A DNA stretch of 64,000 bases from Alphaproteobacteria bacterium (GCA_965227515.1 CBDDFZ010000001.1:2656001-2720000); one strand, 5' to 3'; shown: positions 1 through 9,197, counted from the first letter of the stretch. Made by a program: numbers and translations. The notes: generated by a model from the letters alone, not told the origin.

Positions 1-395
1 CCAACCTGATCGCCTATCTGGGCACGTTGGCGGACACACCGCTGACGCCCGAAGAGATGGCGGCGATGGCCGACCCGGAAATGTCTTCGGACAGTGACGG
101 CGAGGCGCCGGAAGACGCGTCGGAGACTGTGGGCGATGCGGGGCCGGATTTCGGCGTGCTGGTCGACGAGCCCGGTGTGGAGGCGACCTTCTACGCCTGC
201 ACCGCGTGTCATTCGGAGATGATCGTCGCCCAGCAGGGGCTGACCCGCGAGCGCTGGGACAAACTGCTGGATTGGATGGTCGAGGAGCAGGGCATGGTCG
301 AGTTGGACGCAGACCGGCGCGCCGAGATCCTGGACTATCTCTCGGTCCACTACGGCACCGACCGCCCGAACTTCCCGCGGCCGGGCGATAATTAG
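1..395 (+). CDS. c-type cytochrome, 5'-truncated by the window edge; C-terminal SorU/SorB-like monoheme domain fused behind the end of another class I cytochrome c domain
   Basis: The frame is open from nt 3: NLIAYLGTL (typical class I cyt c C-terminal helix), then an acidic linker, then the heme motif CTACH and ...W..MVEEQGM...I.DYL; TAG at 393-395. Confidence 0.8.
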   Translation, partial: NLIAYLGTLADTPLTPEEMAAMADPEMSSDSDGEAPEDASETVGDAGPDFGVLVDEPGVEATFYACTACHSEMIVAQQGLTRERWDKLLDWMVEEQGMVELDADRRAEILDYLSVHYGTDRPNFPRPGDN

Positions 396-427
396 GTATC
401 GGTCAGCTGTCGCTGAAGTCTGCGCCA

Positions 428-492
428 GCCCTCTCCCCCACCCGGCCGCCCAACGAAAGTATGCTGCTGGGTGGCCGGGTGGGGGAGAGGGC
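428..492. repeat. Long palindromic intergenic element / bidirectional terminator-like hairpin
   Basis: Arms 428-452 and 468-492 match at 24/25 nt (GCCCTCTCCCCCACCCGGCC...); lies between convergent genes. Confidence 0.75.
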
Positions 493-513
493 CGGTGCCG
501 ACTTGATTGGATA

Positions 514-1284
514 TCACGCGCAGGGCACCGCGTTCTCGGTCGCCTCGCGCACGGCCAGCACCGTGTCCGGCCGCGCCTGCATGATCGTCACCTGCTGCAG
601 ATAGGCGGTGATCGCCTGGAACTTGCCGTGGTCCATGCCGGTGGCCATCAGCGCGAAGGCGTGGTCGTCCACCGTCCAGCTCACGGTCTGGGCGCCGGGC
701 GACGCCCCCATGTCGATCGGCGGCACCCCGGCGGCAAACGTCAGCCGGCAGCCATTGCGCCCGGCATAGTGCGCCACCCGCAGAGCCTCTGTCTCCGCCG
801 CCGCGACCAGCGTCAGGTTGGCGGCCCGCAGATCGGGCATGCCGCCGGCCTCGACATTGGCGACGGCGCGCACCGCACCGATGTCGGACGCGGCGAAATC
901 CTGGGCCAGGAAGTCGGCGTGCACGTCGGCCAGCGTCGCCGGCGACCAGATGCCGGCGAGGTAGATGCCCACCACCAGCAGGACCGAGGCCGCGGCCGCG
1001 GTCGACCATGCGACCACGCTGCGGTGGCGCGGCCTGCGTTCCGTTTGACTCACGGGCGTTTCGCCAACAAGGCCGGGCAAGGCGGGGCGCAGTCCCGCCA
1101 GCGCCCCGGAGGCCGCGTGCAACTCACGCGCTGCCGCCGCGAGGTGCGGTTCCGCGCTCAGCCGTTGCTTGAACGCTGTCGCCTGGTCCGGCGGCAGTTC
1201 GCCATCGTGCCAGGCGTTCAGCAGCTCCCAATCGGCGTCGGCGATCTCCTGATCGTCTTGAATGTCGTCATCGAAGGGCCGCAT
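514..1284 (-). CDS. Transmembrane anti-sigma factor
   Basis: N-terminal L.AW.DGEL...L anti-sigma domain, one TM helix and a periplasmic domain; directly downstream of an ECF sigma. Confidence 0.8.
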   Translation of the reverse strand: MRPFDDDIQDDQEIADADWELLNAWHDGELPPDQATAFKQRLSAEPHLAAAARELHAASGALAGLRPALPGLVGETPVSQTERRPRHRSVVAWSTAAAASVLLVVGIYLAGIWSPATLADVHADFLAQDFAASDIGAVRAVANVEAGGMPDLRAANLTLVAAAETEALRVAHYAGRNGCRLTFAAGVPPIDMGASPGAQTVSWTVDDHAFALMATGMDHGKFQAITAYLQQVTIMQARPDTVLAVREATENAVPCA

Positions 1285-1289
1285 GGCGT

Positions 1290-1787
1290 TCAGGCTCGCT
1301 TGGACGTGGCGCCGCGATGGCTGCCAACTTCATGGATCAGGGCCTTGCGCGCCCGGCTGATGCGGCTCATCACGGTTCCCACCGGCACGTCCATGACCTC
1401 GGCCGCCGCGGCGTAGGTCAGGCCCATCACATCGATCAGAAACAGGATTTCCCGCTTTTCCGGCGGCAGCTTCTCGAACGCAAGGCGAAACAGGATATCC
1501 CGGGCCGGGCCGTCGGGGTCGGCGGTCCTGCGAGATAGACGGCTGAGGGCGTGCCGGTATTCCCGGCGCACCCGCCGCTTGCGCAGTTCATCGAAATGGA
1601 TGTTGCGGATGACCCGGAACATCCACGGCCTGAGCGCGTCCAGTTCGCCCGGTCGCTCGGCCGCGCGCAGCGCCCGCTCGATGGCGTCGTGCACCAGATC
1701 CTCGGGATCGTCCCCGGCGCCGCAGATCGAACGGGCATAGGCGCGCAGCTCCGGCAGCAGGATCTCGAGCTGGCTGAGCGACGCCAT
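1290..1787 (-). CDS. ECF RNA polymerase sigma factor
   Basis: Region 2 (LRAYARS...DLVHD...WMFRVIRN) and region 4 (GLTYAAAAEVMDVPVGTVMSRISRAR). Confidence 0.92.
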   Translation of the reverse strand: MASLSQLEILLPELRAYARSICGAGDDPEDLVHDAIERALRAAERPGELDALRPWMFRVIRNIHFDELRKRRVRREYRHALSRLSRRTADPDGPARDILFRLAFEKLPPEKREILFLIDVMGLTYAAAAEVMDVPVGTVMSRISRARKALIHEVGSHRGATSKRA

Positions 1788-1805
1788 CGGGATGCGCCTG
1801 ACAGG

Positions 1806-2555
1806 TCAGCCGCGCCCGATATAGGGCATGGTGGTCGCCATGATGGTCATGAACTGGATGTTGGCATCCAGGGGCAGGCTGGCCATGTGGACCACCGCGT
1901 CCGCGACGTGCTGCACGTCCATGCGCGGTTCCGGCTTCATCGTGCCATCAGCCTGGGGCACGCCGTCGACCATGCGCGCGGTCATGTCGGTGGCGGCATT
2001 GCCGATGTCGATCTGGCCGCAGGCGATGTTGAACGGCCGGCCGTCCAGCGAGGTGGTGCGGGTGAGCCCGGTGACCGCGTGCTTGGTGGCGGTGTAGGGG
2101 GCGGAGCCGGGGCGCGGCACGTAGGCCGAGATCGAGCCGTTGTTGATGATGCGGCCGCCCTGTCGGTCCTGCTTGCGCATCAGCCGGAAGGCGGCGGCGG
2201 TGCACAGGAAGACGCCAACCAGGTTGACGTTGACGACCTTGATGAAGTCCTCGGCCGCGATGTCGCCGACCGGAGCCGGAGGCACGTTGCCGCCGGCGTT
2301 GTTGAACACCACGTCCAGCCGCCCGAACCGGTTCTCGATCTCGCCGAACAGCCCCTCGACCGCCGCCGGGTCGGTAACGTCACAGGCGATGGCGTGGCCG
2401 TTGCCGGTGCTGTCGGCGGCCACGGTCTCGTCCAGCGTCGCCTGCCGCCGGCCGGTGGCCACGGTGGTGTATCCTGCCGCCATCAGCGCCAGCGCGCTGG
2501 CCCGCCCGATGCCCGAACCCGCGCCCGTCACCAGCGCGATCTTGCTCCCTGCCAT
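1806..2555 (-). CDS. SDR family oxidoreductase
   Basis: [12 protein letters not shown] and YTATK motifs; ATG 2555 preceded by GGAGG. Confidence 0.9.
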   Translation of the reverse strand: MAGSKIALVTGAGSGIGRASALALMAAGYTTVATGRRQATLDETVAADSTGNGHAIACDVTDPAAVEGLFGEIENRFGRLDVVFNNAGGNVPPAPVGDIAAEDFIKVVNVNLVGVFLCTAAAFRLMRKQDRQGGRIINNGSISAYVPRPGSAPYTATKHAVTGLTRTTSLDGRPFNIACGQIDIGNAATDMTARMVDGVPQADGTMKPEPRMDVQHVADAVVHMASLPLDANIQFMTIMATTMPYIGRG

Positions 2556-2581
2556 CTCAACTAACCTCCCCGTCCTCATCG

Positions 2582-2644
2582 TTCGGCCCAAATTGTTCGG
2601 GCCAGATCATTCGGCCCAATTCATTCGGCCCAATTCTTTCGGCG
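2582..2644. repeat. 14-bp degenerate tandem repeat (TTCGGCCCAATTCA-like, about 4.5 copies)
   Basis: Units start at 2582, 2596, 2610 and 2624, with a partial unit at 2638. Confidence 0.8.
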
Positions 2645-2650
2645 GGCAAC

Positions 2651-3106
2651 CTAGTCCGGCGCCATGTCGAAGTGAAGCACATCCTCCCGGATGCCGAGCT
2701 TGGTGTAGAGGGCGATCGCCGGATCGTCGCCATGGTCGGCCTGCACGAAGATCGCATGCGCGCCACAGGCGGCGGCAATCGGCTTCAGGTGCTCGATCAG
2801 GCCGGTGGCGATGCCCCGGCGGCGATGTTCCGCCGCCACGGCCAGGTCGTATATGTAGACCTCGCTGCGCTCTTGCTCGAACTTGACCAACTCATAGGCC
2901 GCCAAGCCGCCAACCACCGTGCCGTCATGCAGCGCCGCGAGCGCGATGAACGTGTCGTCGCTCAGCAGGCGTGTCAGGTACGCGTCGTCGGGCTGGTTGC
3001 CGCTGTAGGTCTCGGCATCGTCGAACGCCGCGCCGAACAGGTCGAGCATGGCGCGGAACAGGGCGGTATCCGGGGCGGCCAGCCGGCGAATGTCGTACGC
3101 CGACAC
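2651..3106 (-). CDS. aac(3)-I: AAC(3)-I family aminoglycoside N-acetyltransferase homologue (GNAT)
   Basis: Hallmark segments FG.AF.D.ETY, P...YL..LL...[41 protein letters not shown] and [26 protein letters not shown]. Confidence 0.85.
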   Translation of the reverse strand: MSAYDIRRLAAPDTALFRAMLDLFGAAFDDAETYSGNQPDDAYLTRLLSDDTFIALAALHDGTVVGGLAAYELVKFEQERSEVYIYDLAVAAEHRRRGIATGLIEHLKPIAAACGAHAIFVQADHGDDPAIALYTKLGIREDVLHFDMAPD

Positions 3107-3135
3107 AGCGTCAAGCCGCCCTGGACGTTACCGCG

Positions 3136-3501
3136 CTACCGGGAGCGGCAGAGCGCCACCAGGGTGTTCTCGTAGTCGCCGTCGTCGTAGCTGATGCTGA
3201 GGTTGATCGCGTCGAGCTGGGTGATCACGCCGGGGTACCACACGCCGCCACCCTGCCAGTTGCATTCGACCCGCGAGCCGATGCCCCAGTCGTAGTACCG
3301 GACGTAGGCGGACGGCAGGGTTTCGAAGTCGCCATCGTCGTAATTGATGGAGATCATGTCGCCGGAGACGTTGGAGACGACGCCGGGATAGTAGTAGCCG
3401 GCGCCCTGCCAGTTCCCCAGCACCCAGTCGCCGGGCTGGAAGGCGAGGGCGGGGCTGGCGAAAAACACCAGCAGCGAGAAGGTGGCGAGGAATTTGCGCA
3501 T
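3136..3501 (-). CDS. Secreted protein made of two Tudor/Agenet-like domains
   Basis: Signal peptide MRKFLATFSLLVFFASPALA, then two copies of G..V..NW.G.G..YPGV......I.YDDGD.E. Confidence 0.75.
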   Translation of the reverse strand: MRKFLATFSLLVFFASPALAFQPGDWVLGNWQGAGYYYPGVVSNVSGDMISINYDDGDFETLPSAYVRYYDWGIGSRVECNWQGGGVWYPGVITQLDAINLSISYDDGDYENTLVALCRSR

Positions 3502-3639
3502 ATCATTCGCTCCGTGCGTGCAAGCCGGCGCGATGCTGAAGCGCCGTCGTGTGAAGGGGCCGCGTTGACGTGCGGCCCAACCACACATTCCTACGTCACA
3601 TGCATCTGCTCGGGCAACGGCCTCGGCCACGGCGCGCGG

Positions 3640-4041
3640 CTACATCAGCGACACGTCCCAGAACACCGCCTCGATCTTGTGGCCGTCCAGGTCGCGCACG
3701 AAGCAGCCATAATATGGCTCGCCATAGTGGGGGCGGGGGCCCGGCTCGCCGTCCGGCGCGGCGCCGGCGTCCAGGGCCGCCTGCCAGAACGCATCGACCA
3801 TCGCCTTGTCGACGGCGGCGAAGCCGATGTGGCTGCCATTGGCGACGTTCGCCGGCGTGCCGTCGGCCGGCGTCTGCACCCAGAACTCCGGCCATTTGCG
3901 GCCATAGGCGATGGCGCCGGGGAACTCCATGATGCGCGTCGCGCCGAGGGTGGCCATGACCTTGTCGTAGAACGCGGCGGCACGATCGAAGTCGTTGGTG
4001 CCGAGCGACAAGTGCGAGGTGATGCTGGGCATTTCGTCCAT
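3640..4041 (-). CDS. VOC (glyoxalase/bleomycin resistance) family protein
   Basis: HLSLGTNDFDRAAAFYD, HIGF and YYGCFVRDLDGHKIEA motifs. Confidence 0.9.
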   Translation of the reverse strand: MDEMPSITSHLSLGTNDFDRAAAFYDKVMATLGATRIMEFPGAIAYGRKWPEFWVQTPADGTPANVANGSHIGFAAVDKAMVDAFWQAALDAGAAPDGEPGPRPHYGEPYYGCFVRDLDGHKIEAVFWDVSLM

Positions 4042-4092
4042 TTTTTCGGTCCACCCTTCGGTTCGTTTCAGGCGTTGATTGCCCTACATAAA

Positions 4093-4128
4093 TGCCATCT
4101 CCTGACAGCATTATGTCAGCAGATGGCA
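4093..4128. promoter_or_regulatory. Operator-like inverted repeat (core CTGACA-N6-TGTCAG) between the divergent VOC gene and nrdB
   Basis: TGCCATCTCCTGACA gcatta TGTCAGCAGATGGCA; arms match 14/15. Confidence 0.6.
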
Positions 4129-4211
4129 GCCCCTTGCGACACGCCGTGGGGCTGGCGCGGACGCGGCAAAGATGCATGATTGCCAGCCCACGATTCGACC
4201 GGAGCGAGTCT

Positions 4212-5171
4212 ATGTCCCTCCTCAAAGCCGATCCGATCTACAAGCCGTTCCACTACCCGTGGGCGTACGACGCTTGGCTGATGCAGCAGCGCATTCACTG
4301 GCTGCCGGAGGAGGTGCCGCTGGCCGACGACGTGAAGGATTGGCACAAGACGCTGACCGATGCCGAGCGCAACCTGCTGACGCAGATCTTCCGGTTCTTC
4401 ACCCAGGCCGATGTCGAGGTGAACAACTGCTACATGAAGCACTATGCGCAGGTGTTCCAGCCGACCGAAATCCAGATGATGCTGGCCGCGTTCTCCAACA
4501 TGGAGACGATCCACATCGCCGCCTACTCGCACCTGCTCGACACCATCGGCATGCCGGAGATCGAGTACCAGGCCTTCCTCCGCTACAAGGAGATGAAGGA
4601 CAAGTACGACTACATGCAGCAGTGGGGCATCGGCACCCCGCGCGACGTCGCCAAGACCCTGGCGGTGTTCGGCGCCTTTACCGAGGGGCTGCAGCTTTTC
4701 GCCAGCTTCGCGATCCTGATGAACTTCCCGCGCATCAACAAGATGAAGGGGATGGGCCAGATCGTCACCTGGTCGGCGCGCGACGAGAGCCTGCACACGG
4801 CCTCCATCATCAAGCTGTTCCGCACCTTCGTGAACGAGAACCCGGAAGTCTGGGACGACGAACTGGAACGCGATCTCTACAAGGCGTGCGAGACCATCGT
4901 GACCCACGAGGATGCGTTCATCGACCTGGCGTTCGAGATGGGCGCGGTGCAGGGCCTGTCGGCGGAAGAGGTGAAGGCTTACATCCGCTATATCGCCGAC
5001 CGCCGGCTGGGCCAGCTCGGCCTGCAGCCGATCTACCGCACGTCGTCCAATCCGCTGCCGTGGATGGACGAGATGCTGAACGGCGTAGAGCACACCAACT
5101 TCTTCGAGAACCGCGCCACCGAGTACACCAAGGCCGCGACCCAGGGCACCTGGGACGAAGCGTTCGACTGA
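4212..5171 (+). CDS. nrdB: Ribonucleotide-diphosphate reductase class I beta subunit
   Basis: W.PEEV, FFTQAD, E.IH...Y (radical Tyr), FTEG.QLF.SF, RDESLH and NFFENRATEY motifs; GGAG RBS before ATG 4212. Confidence 0.95.
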   Translation: MSLLKADPIYKPFHYPWAYDAWLMQQRIHWLPEEVPLADDVKDWHKTLTDAERNLLTQIFRFFTQADVEVNNCYMKHYAQVFQPTEIQMMLAAFSNMETIHIAAYSHLLDTIGMPEIEYQAFLRYKEMKDKYDYMQQWGIGTPRDVAKTLAVFGAFTEGLQLFASFAILMNFPRINKMKGMGQIVTWSARDESLHTASIIKLFRTFVNENPEVWDDELERDLYKACETIVTHEDAFIDLAFEMGAVQGLSAEEVKAYIRYIADRRLGQLGLQPIYRTSSNPLPWMDEMLNGVEHTNFFENRATEYTKAATQGTWDEAFD

Positions 5172-5237
5172 GCGGCTGGGGCGGCTAGCTCAACTGGCCG
5201 GCCCAAAATACCGGCGGCAGAATTCATCGAACTTTCC

Positions 5238-5354
5238 CGTCATTGCGAGGAGCGGCGACCATGGTCGCTGCGACGCGGCAATCCAGTGCAACCTAGTTGG
5301 CTACAGAGCTGTCGCCTGGATCGCCACGCCGGCATTCGCCGGCTCGCGATGACG
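5238..5354. repeat. Palindromic miniature intergenic element (CGTCATTGCGAG...CTCGCGATGACG)
   Basis: Terminal inverted repeats plus internal GCAATCCAG/CTGGATCGC pairing. Confidence 0.75.
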
Positions 5355-5403
5355 CCAAGAAAGGTGGTTAGCCCAACGGTGGCGTCGTTGGAATAACTCA
5401 AAC

Positions 5404-5501
5404 CGTCGTCCCGAGGATCCATCCCACCGTGCGCGCGATGCCTGCAACGGATCCTCGGCACCTCGCTCCGTTTGATGAACGAAGCTCGGGCCAAGGATGA
5501 C
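5404..5501. repeat. Degenerate palindromic element of the 20836/60060 family
   Basis: GTCCCGAGGATCCAT is shared with the 60060-60089 arm; contains GGATCCTCGG and ends in ...AGGATGAC. Confidence 0.55.
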
Positions 5502-5582
5502 AACGAAGAGAATTGGCACCGGCAGCCAATTTGCGCCGTCATTGCGGGCAGCGGCAAGCCCGTGCGCCACCGTTCCCCCGCA

Positions 5583-8500
5583 TTACTGCGTGCGCAGGCG
5601 GGCGAGCAGCGACAGGGTGACCCGGCCGGTAATCGGAATGCCCTGGTCGGCCTGGTAGGCCGAAACGGCGGATACCGTCGACGGACCGACCACGCCATCG
5701 GCGCTGCCGATGTTATAGCCGGCGGCGATCAGCAATTGCTGGATCTCCTGGATCGCGGCCGGGCTGATGGCGCTGCCGGTCGCGGCACCCTGCACCACGC
5801 CGCCGGGCTGGCCGGCCGGTTCCTGTGGCACCAGCGGGGTGGGATCGGCCTGCGCCGGTGCGATCGGCACGACCGTGGGCTCGATCACCGGGGCCGGCGT
5901 TTCCACCACCGGCGGCGCCGAGCGGGTCGGCTCCAACAACGGGATCAAGGCGAGGTCAACGGCAGGCTCGACCTCGGCGGCGTCCATATCGGTTTCGGCG
6001 ACGGCGCCTTCTTCGTCGACCGCGTCGGCCGTATCGTCGGGCAACAGGTCTTCCAGAGCGACCGCCGCATCGTCAGCCGCCGCATCGTCGAGCGGTTGGT
6101 CGTCGGATGTCTCGCCCAGCAATTCATCGGCCAGCGCGTCTGCCTCGGCCGCTGCCGCGGCCACCGCTTCGGCAAGTTCGGCTTCCGCCGCGGCCTCTGC
6201 CTCCGCGAGTGCGGCTGCTTCCGCTTCCGCGGCCGCTGCCGCTTCGGCCTCTGCCTCGGCGAGGGCGGCCGCTTCCGCTTCCGCGGCTGCTGCGGCCTCG
6301 GCCTCCGCTTCGGCGAGGGCGGCTGCTTCCGCTTCCGCGGCCGCGGCGGCTTCGGCTTCTGCCTCTGCGAGGGCGGCTGCTTCCGCTTCGGCGGCTGCAG
6401 CGGCTTCGGCCTCGGCGTCGAGCAGTGCCTGGGCTTCTTCCTCGGTCAGGCGGCTCGGCGCCAGGACAGGCAGGATCGCGATGAACTCGGGGTCCGGAAC
6501 AGTCTCATCGGCAGCATCAGCGTCGGCTGTTGCATCGACATCGGGTGCGTCCCCAACCGGCGCATCGCCATCAACATCGGCGGCCACGACCTCCACGCCG
6601 TCGGCATCCAGGCTCGCGCCATCGTTGGCCGGGGCGTCCTCGGCGGCAATTTCGCCGGCGCCGTCTTCGACCACGTCGGCACTTGCCACGGCATCGCCTT
6701 CCGGCACCTCGTCGGCCACCGGACCGTCCGCTGACGCGATCTCATCCGGTGTATCGTCGGGCGCGACGTCCTCGGGCGCGACGTCGGCGGTGTCCGCCGG
6801 GGCGATGCCCGCGGCGTCGCCGGTCGAGACCGTGTCCAACTCGGGCGGCAGCACGTCGATGCCTGGCGGGTCGACGGAGATGCGCCGCGCCTCCTCCAGC
6901 ATGTCCGGCGTCATCGAGATGGCGACCTCGTCGGCCTTCTCGGCGGCACCGGGGAAGCCGTGATTGGCCGCGCGCGACAGCCAGACATGGGCCAGGGTGG
7001 GGCTCTGCGGCAGCCCAAGCCCGTTGAGGTAGAGCAGGCCGAGTTCGTATTCGGCCGCGGCGAGGTTGTCATCTGCGGCGAGCCTGAACCAGCGCGCCGC
7101 TTCGGTGTCGCTGGCCGGCAAGCCTTCGCCGGCCCGATAGATCTGCCCCAGGGCCAGCCGCGCCTCCGGGTCGCCCCGTTCGGCCGCCGACATGTACCAG
7201 AGTGCGGCGGTGAACGGGTCCGGCTCGGTGCCGATGCCCTGCTGGTAGATCTCGCCCAGCCGGGCCTGCGCCGTGACGTTGTTGCTCGCGGCGGCCTGCT
7301 CCAGCAGGCGGATGCCCTCGGCCGCATCCTCCGCGACGCCGTCGCCCGCCAGATAGCGTTCCGCCAATGCGACTTGCGCATCGGTGTCGCCGCCGGCTGC
7401 CGCCGCCATCTGGGCCTCGACGTCGGCGGGCACGACCACGTCGTCCTGCGGGTCCTGCAACGCATCGGCGGCGCTGGCGCCGTCCTCGGTGAAGATCGCG
7501 TCTGGGATCTCGACCGTCAGGTCGGTCAGGTCGCCGTCGGGCGCGGTACCATCTGGCGCGGTGCCGTCATCGGCGACGCCGGCGTCGTTGTCCCCGGCGG
7601 CATCGGCGATCGCATCCGGGTCGGCCGCGACATCCTCGGCGCCGCCATCGGCGGTTCCAACGTCCTCTGGAGCATCCCCGGAACCGTCGTCGGTCACGTC
7701 CGCCACGCCATCCGACGCGGTGTTCGGATCGGTGATGGTCAGGTCTTCCAGAGACGGCACATTATCGGGCGCATCGGCGACATCCTGCGAGGGGCCGCCA
7801 TCGGCATTGCCGCCAAACGGGTCGCCATCGGCCAGGCTCGGCCCGTCGTCACCGCCGCTGCTGAAGATGGAGGTCACGTCGGCCAGCGCCTCCTCGAACG
7901 AGGCGTCGGGCCTGGTCCACCAGTAGGCCAGCACCGCGACGATGACCAACGCGCCGAGCGCGACAAGCCACGCGTATGGCCGGAAGAACCACGTCGCCCC
8001 GGCGCCGGGCCGGCGGCTGCGGCGCAGGTTGCGTCCGGCCAGTTCGCGGCGCGCTGCGGCGGCGCGCATGGCGCGCTCGACATCGTCACCGCCCTCGCGC
8101 GCGTCCAGGTCGTCGTCGAGCGGCGCGGGGTCCAGCGGCCCCGGAAGCGGCCCCGAACCGGCCGCGGCCCTGGGCACGGCCGACAGCACCGGTTCCTCGC
8201 GGTCGGACGGCAGCATCGCTTCCGGCGATTGCGGCGGTTGGACGGGTGGGGCCTGGATCGGTGTTGGGGGTGCTGCCTGCACTGGCTGAGCGGGCGCCGG
8301 CCGAGGTGCGGCCGGTGCCGGTGGAGTCGGAGTGGGAGGCGTTGGGGCAGGCGGCGTTGGCGCGGCCGCCGCAGGCTTGGCCGGCGTGGCATTCTTGGTC
8401 AGCGCCGCGACCCCGATCTGGCCGGCGTTCTCCGCCAGCTTGCTGCCGGTGGCCTGGCCGCCGACCACTGTCGCCAGCGAGGCGATGGCGGCAAGCAGGC

Positions 8501-9197
8501 TGTCGTCGTCGCTGGGCGGCGGCTTGGCGGTGTCGACGCTGGCACTGGCGGCGGTTGGCGCCGGCTCGGATGGCGCTGGCTCGCTCGGCGCTGGCGTGTC
8601 CTCCGCAGCCGGTGCGTCGAACGGCGTGGTCTCGCGGCGCGGCCCGGAGTCGTCGGGCACGTGCGGTTGCGTCATCGATGCCGGCGCGATGATGGTCGCG
8701 TCGTCATCGTCGTCCATGGCTGCTCCGGCGGGCGGCGCAATCGCCGCGGCGCCGGCCAGGCTGGCGCTGCCGATGTTGAGCACGCGGGTCTCGTCGGACG
8801 GCGGCGGCAAGTCCGCCGGTGGCGGCGTGGGCGAGCGCGCGGCTTTCGCCAACGTGTCGTCGCTCGCGCCTTCCAGGAAGGGATTGTCGCCGTCCAAGTC
8901 AGACGGGGGGACGTCCGGTGCACTTGTATCCGGTGCGCTTGTATCCGATGGCGCGCCGCTGCCCGCCGCGGGTTCCGGCGGGGGCGCGGCCGCAGCCTCG
9001 TCGGCGCCCTCCGGCTTGTCTGCCGTCTCGGCGGAAGATGCGTCGCCGGTTGAGGTGACGGCGGCATTGCTGTCGCCGGTCAGGGTCTTCGCCAACCACT
9101 GCTCCAGCGGCATGTCGGATGCCTCGGCAGCGGCACGCGCCACCCGAAGCGTGTCCTCGTCCAACGAGTCGATATCAATCGGTTTATCTGCCGCCAT
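5583..9197 (-). CDS. PodJ-like membrane protein: N-terminal helical motif, low-complexity linker, one TM helix, SEL1 repeats and C-terminal peptidoglycan-binding domain
   Basis: N-terminus ..DEDTLRVARAAAEASDMPLEQWL; about 4 SEL1 repeats (AQ..LG..Y..G.G...D...A..W); PG_binding_1 IQQLLIAAGYNIGSADGVVGPST..AV.AYQ...GIP.TG. Confidence 0.8.
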   Translation of the reverse strand: MAADKPIDIDSLDEDTLRVARAAAEASDMPLEQWLAKTLTGDSNAAVTSTGDASSAETADKPEGADEAAAAPPPEPAAGSGAPSDTSAPDTSAPDVPPSDLDGDNPFLEGASDDTLAKAARSPTPPPADLPPPSDETRVLNIGSASLAGAAAIAPPAGAAMDDDDDATIIAPASMTQPHVPDDSGPRRETTPFDAPAAEDTPAPSEPAPSEPAPTAASASVDTAKPPPSDDDSLLAAIASLATVVGGQATGSKLAENAGQIGVAALTKNATPAKPAAAAPTPPAPTPPTPTPPAPAAPRPAPAQPVQAAPPTPIQAPPVQPPQSPEAMLPSDREEPVLSAVPRAAAGSGPLPGPLDPAPLDDDLDAREGGDDVERAMRAAAARRELAGRNLRRSRRPGAGATWFFRPYAWLVALGALVIVAVLAYWWTRPDASFEEALADVTSIFSSGGDDGPSLADGDPFGGNADGGPSQDVADAPDNVPSLEDLTITDPNTASDGVADVTDDGSGDAPEDVGTADGGAEDVAADPDAIADAAGDNDAGVADDGTAPDGTAPDGDLTDLTVEIPDAIFTEDGASAADALQDPQDDVVVPADVEAQMAAAAGGDTDAQVALAERYLAGDGVAEDAAEGIRLLEQAAASNNVTAQARLGEIYQQGIGTEPDPFTAALWYMSAAERGDPEARLALGQIYRAGEGLPASDTEAARWFRLAADDNLAAAEYELGLLYLNGLGLPQSPTLAHVWLSRAANHGFPGAAEKADEVAISMTPDMLEEARRISVDPPGIDVLPPELDTVSTGDAAGIAPADTADVAPEDVAPDDTPDEIASADGPVADEVPEGDAVASADVVEDGAGEIAAEDAPANDGASLDADGVEVVAADVDGDAPVGDAPDVDATADADAADETVPDPEFIAILPVLAPSRLTEEEAQALLDAEAEAAAAAEAEAAALAEAEAEAAAAAEAEAAALAEAEAEAAAAAEAEAAALAEAEAEAAAAAEAEAAALAEAEAAAEAELAEAVAAAAAEADALADELLGETSDDQPLDDAAADDAAVALEDLLPDDTADAVDEEGAVAETDMDAAEVEPAVDLALIPLLEPTRSAPPVVETPAPVIEPTVVPIAPAQADPTPLVPQEPAGQPGGVVQGAATGSAISPAAIQEIQQLLIAAGYNIGSADGVVGPSTVSAVSAYQADQGIPITGRVTLSLLARLRTQ
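6190..6417. repeat. In-frame 54-bp tandem repeat (about 4 copies of EAEAAAAAEAEAAALAEA)
   Basis: The GCGGC(T/C)GCTTCCGCTTC motif recurs at 6211, 6265, 6319 and 6373. Confidence 0.85.

Noticed and set aside
2556-3135. aac(3)-I as an integron cassette
   Set aside because: No RYYYAAC...GTTRRRY attC palindrome after the stop (only a 14-bp tandem repeat), no intI, and host-like codon usage.
5240-5698. ORFs spanning the nrdB-podJ intergenic region
   Set aside because: They are translations of palindromic repeat elements with no protein signal.
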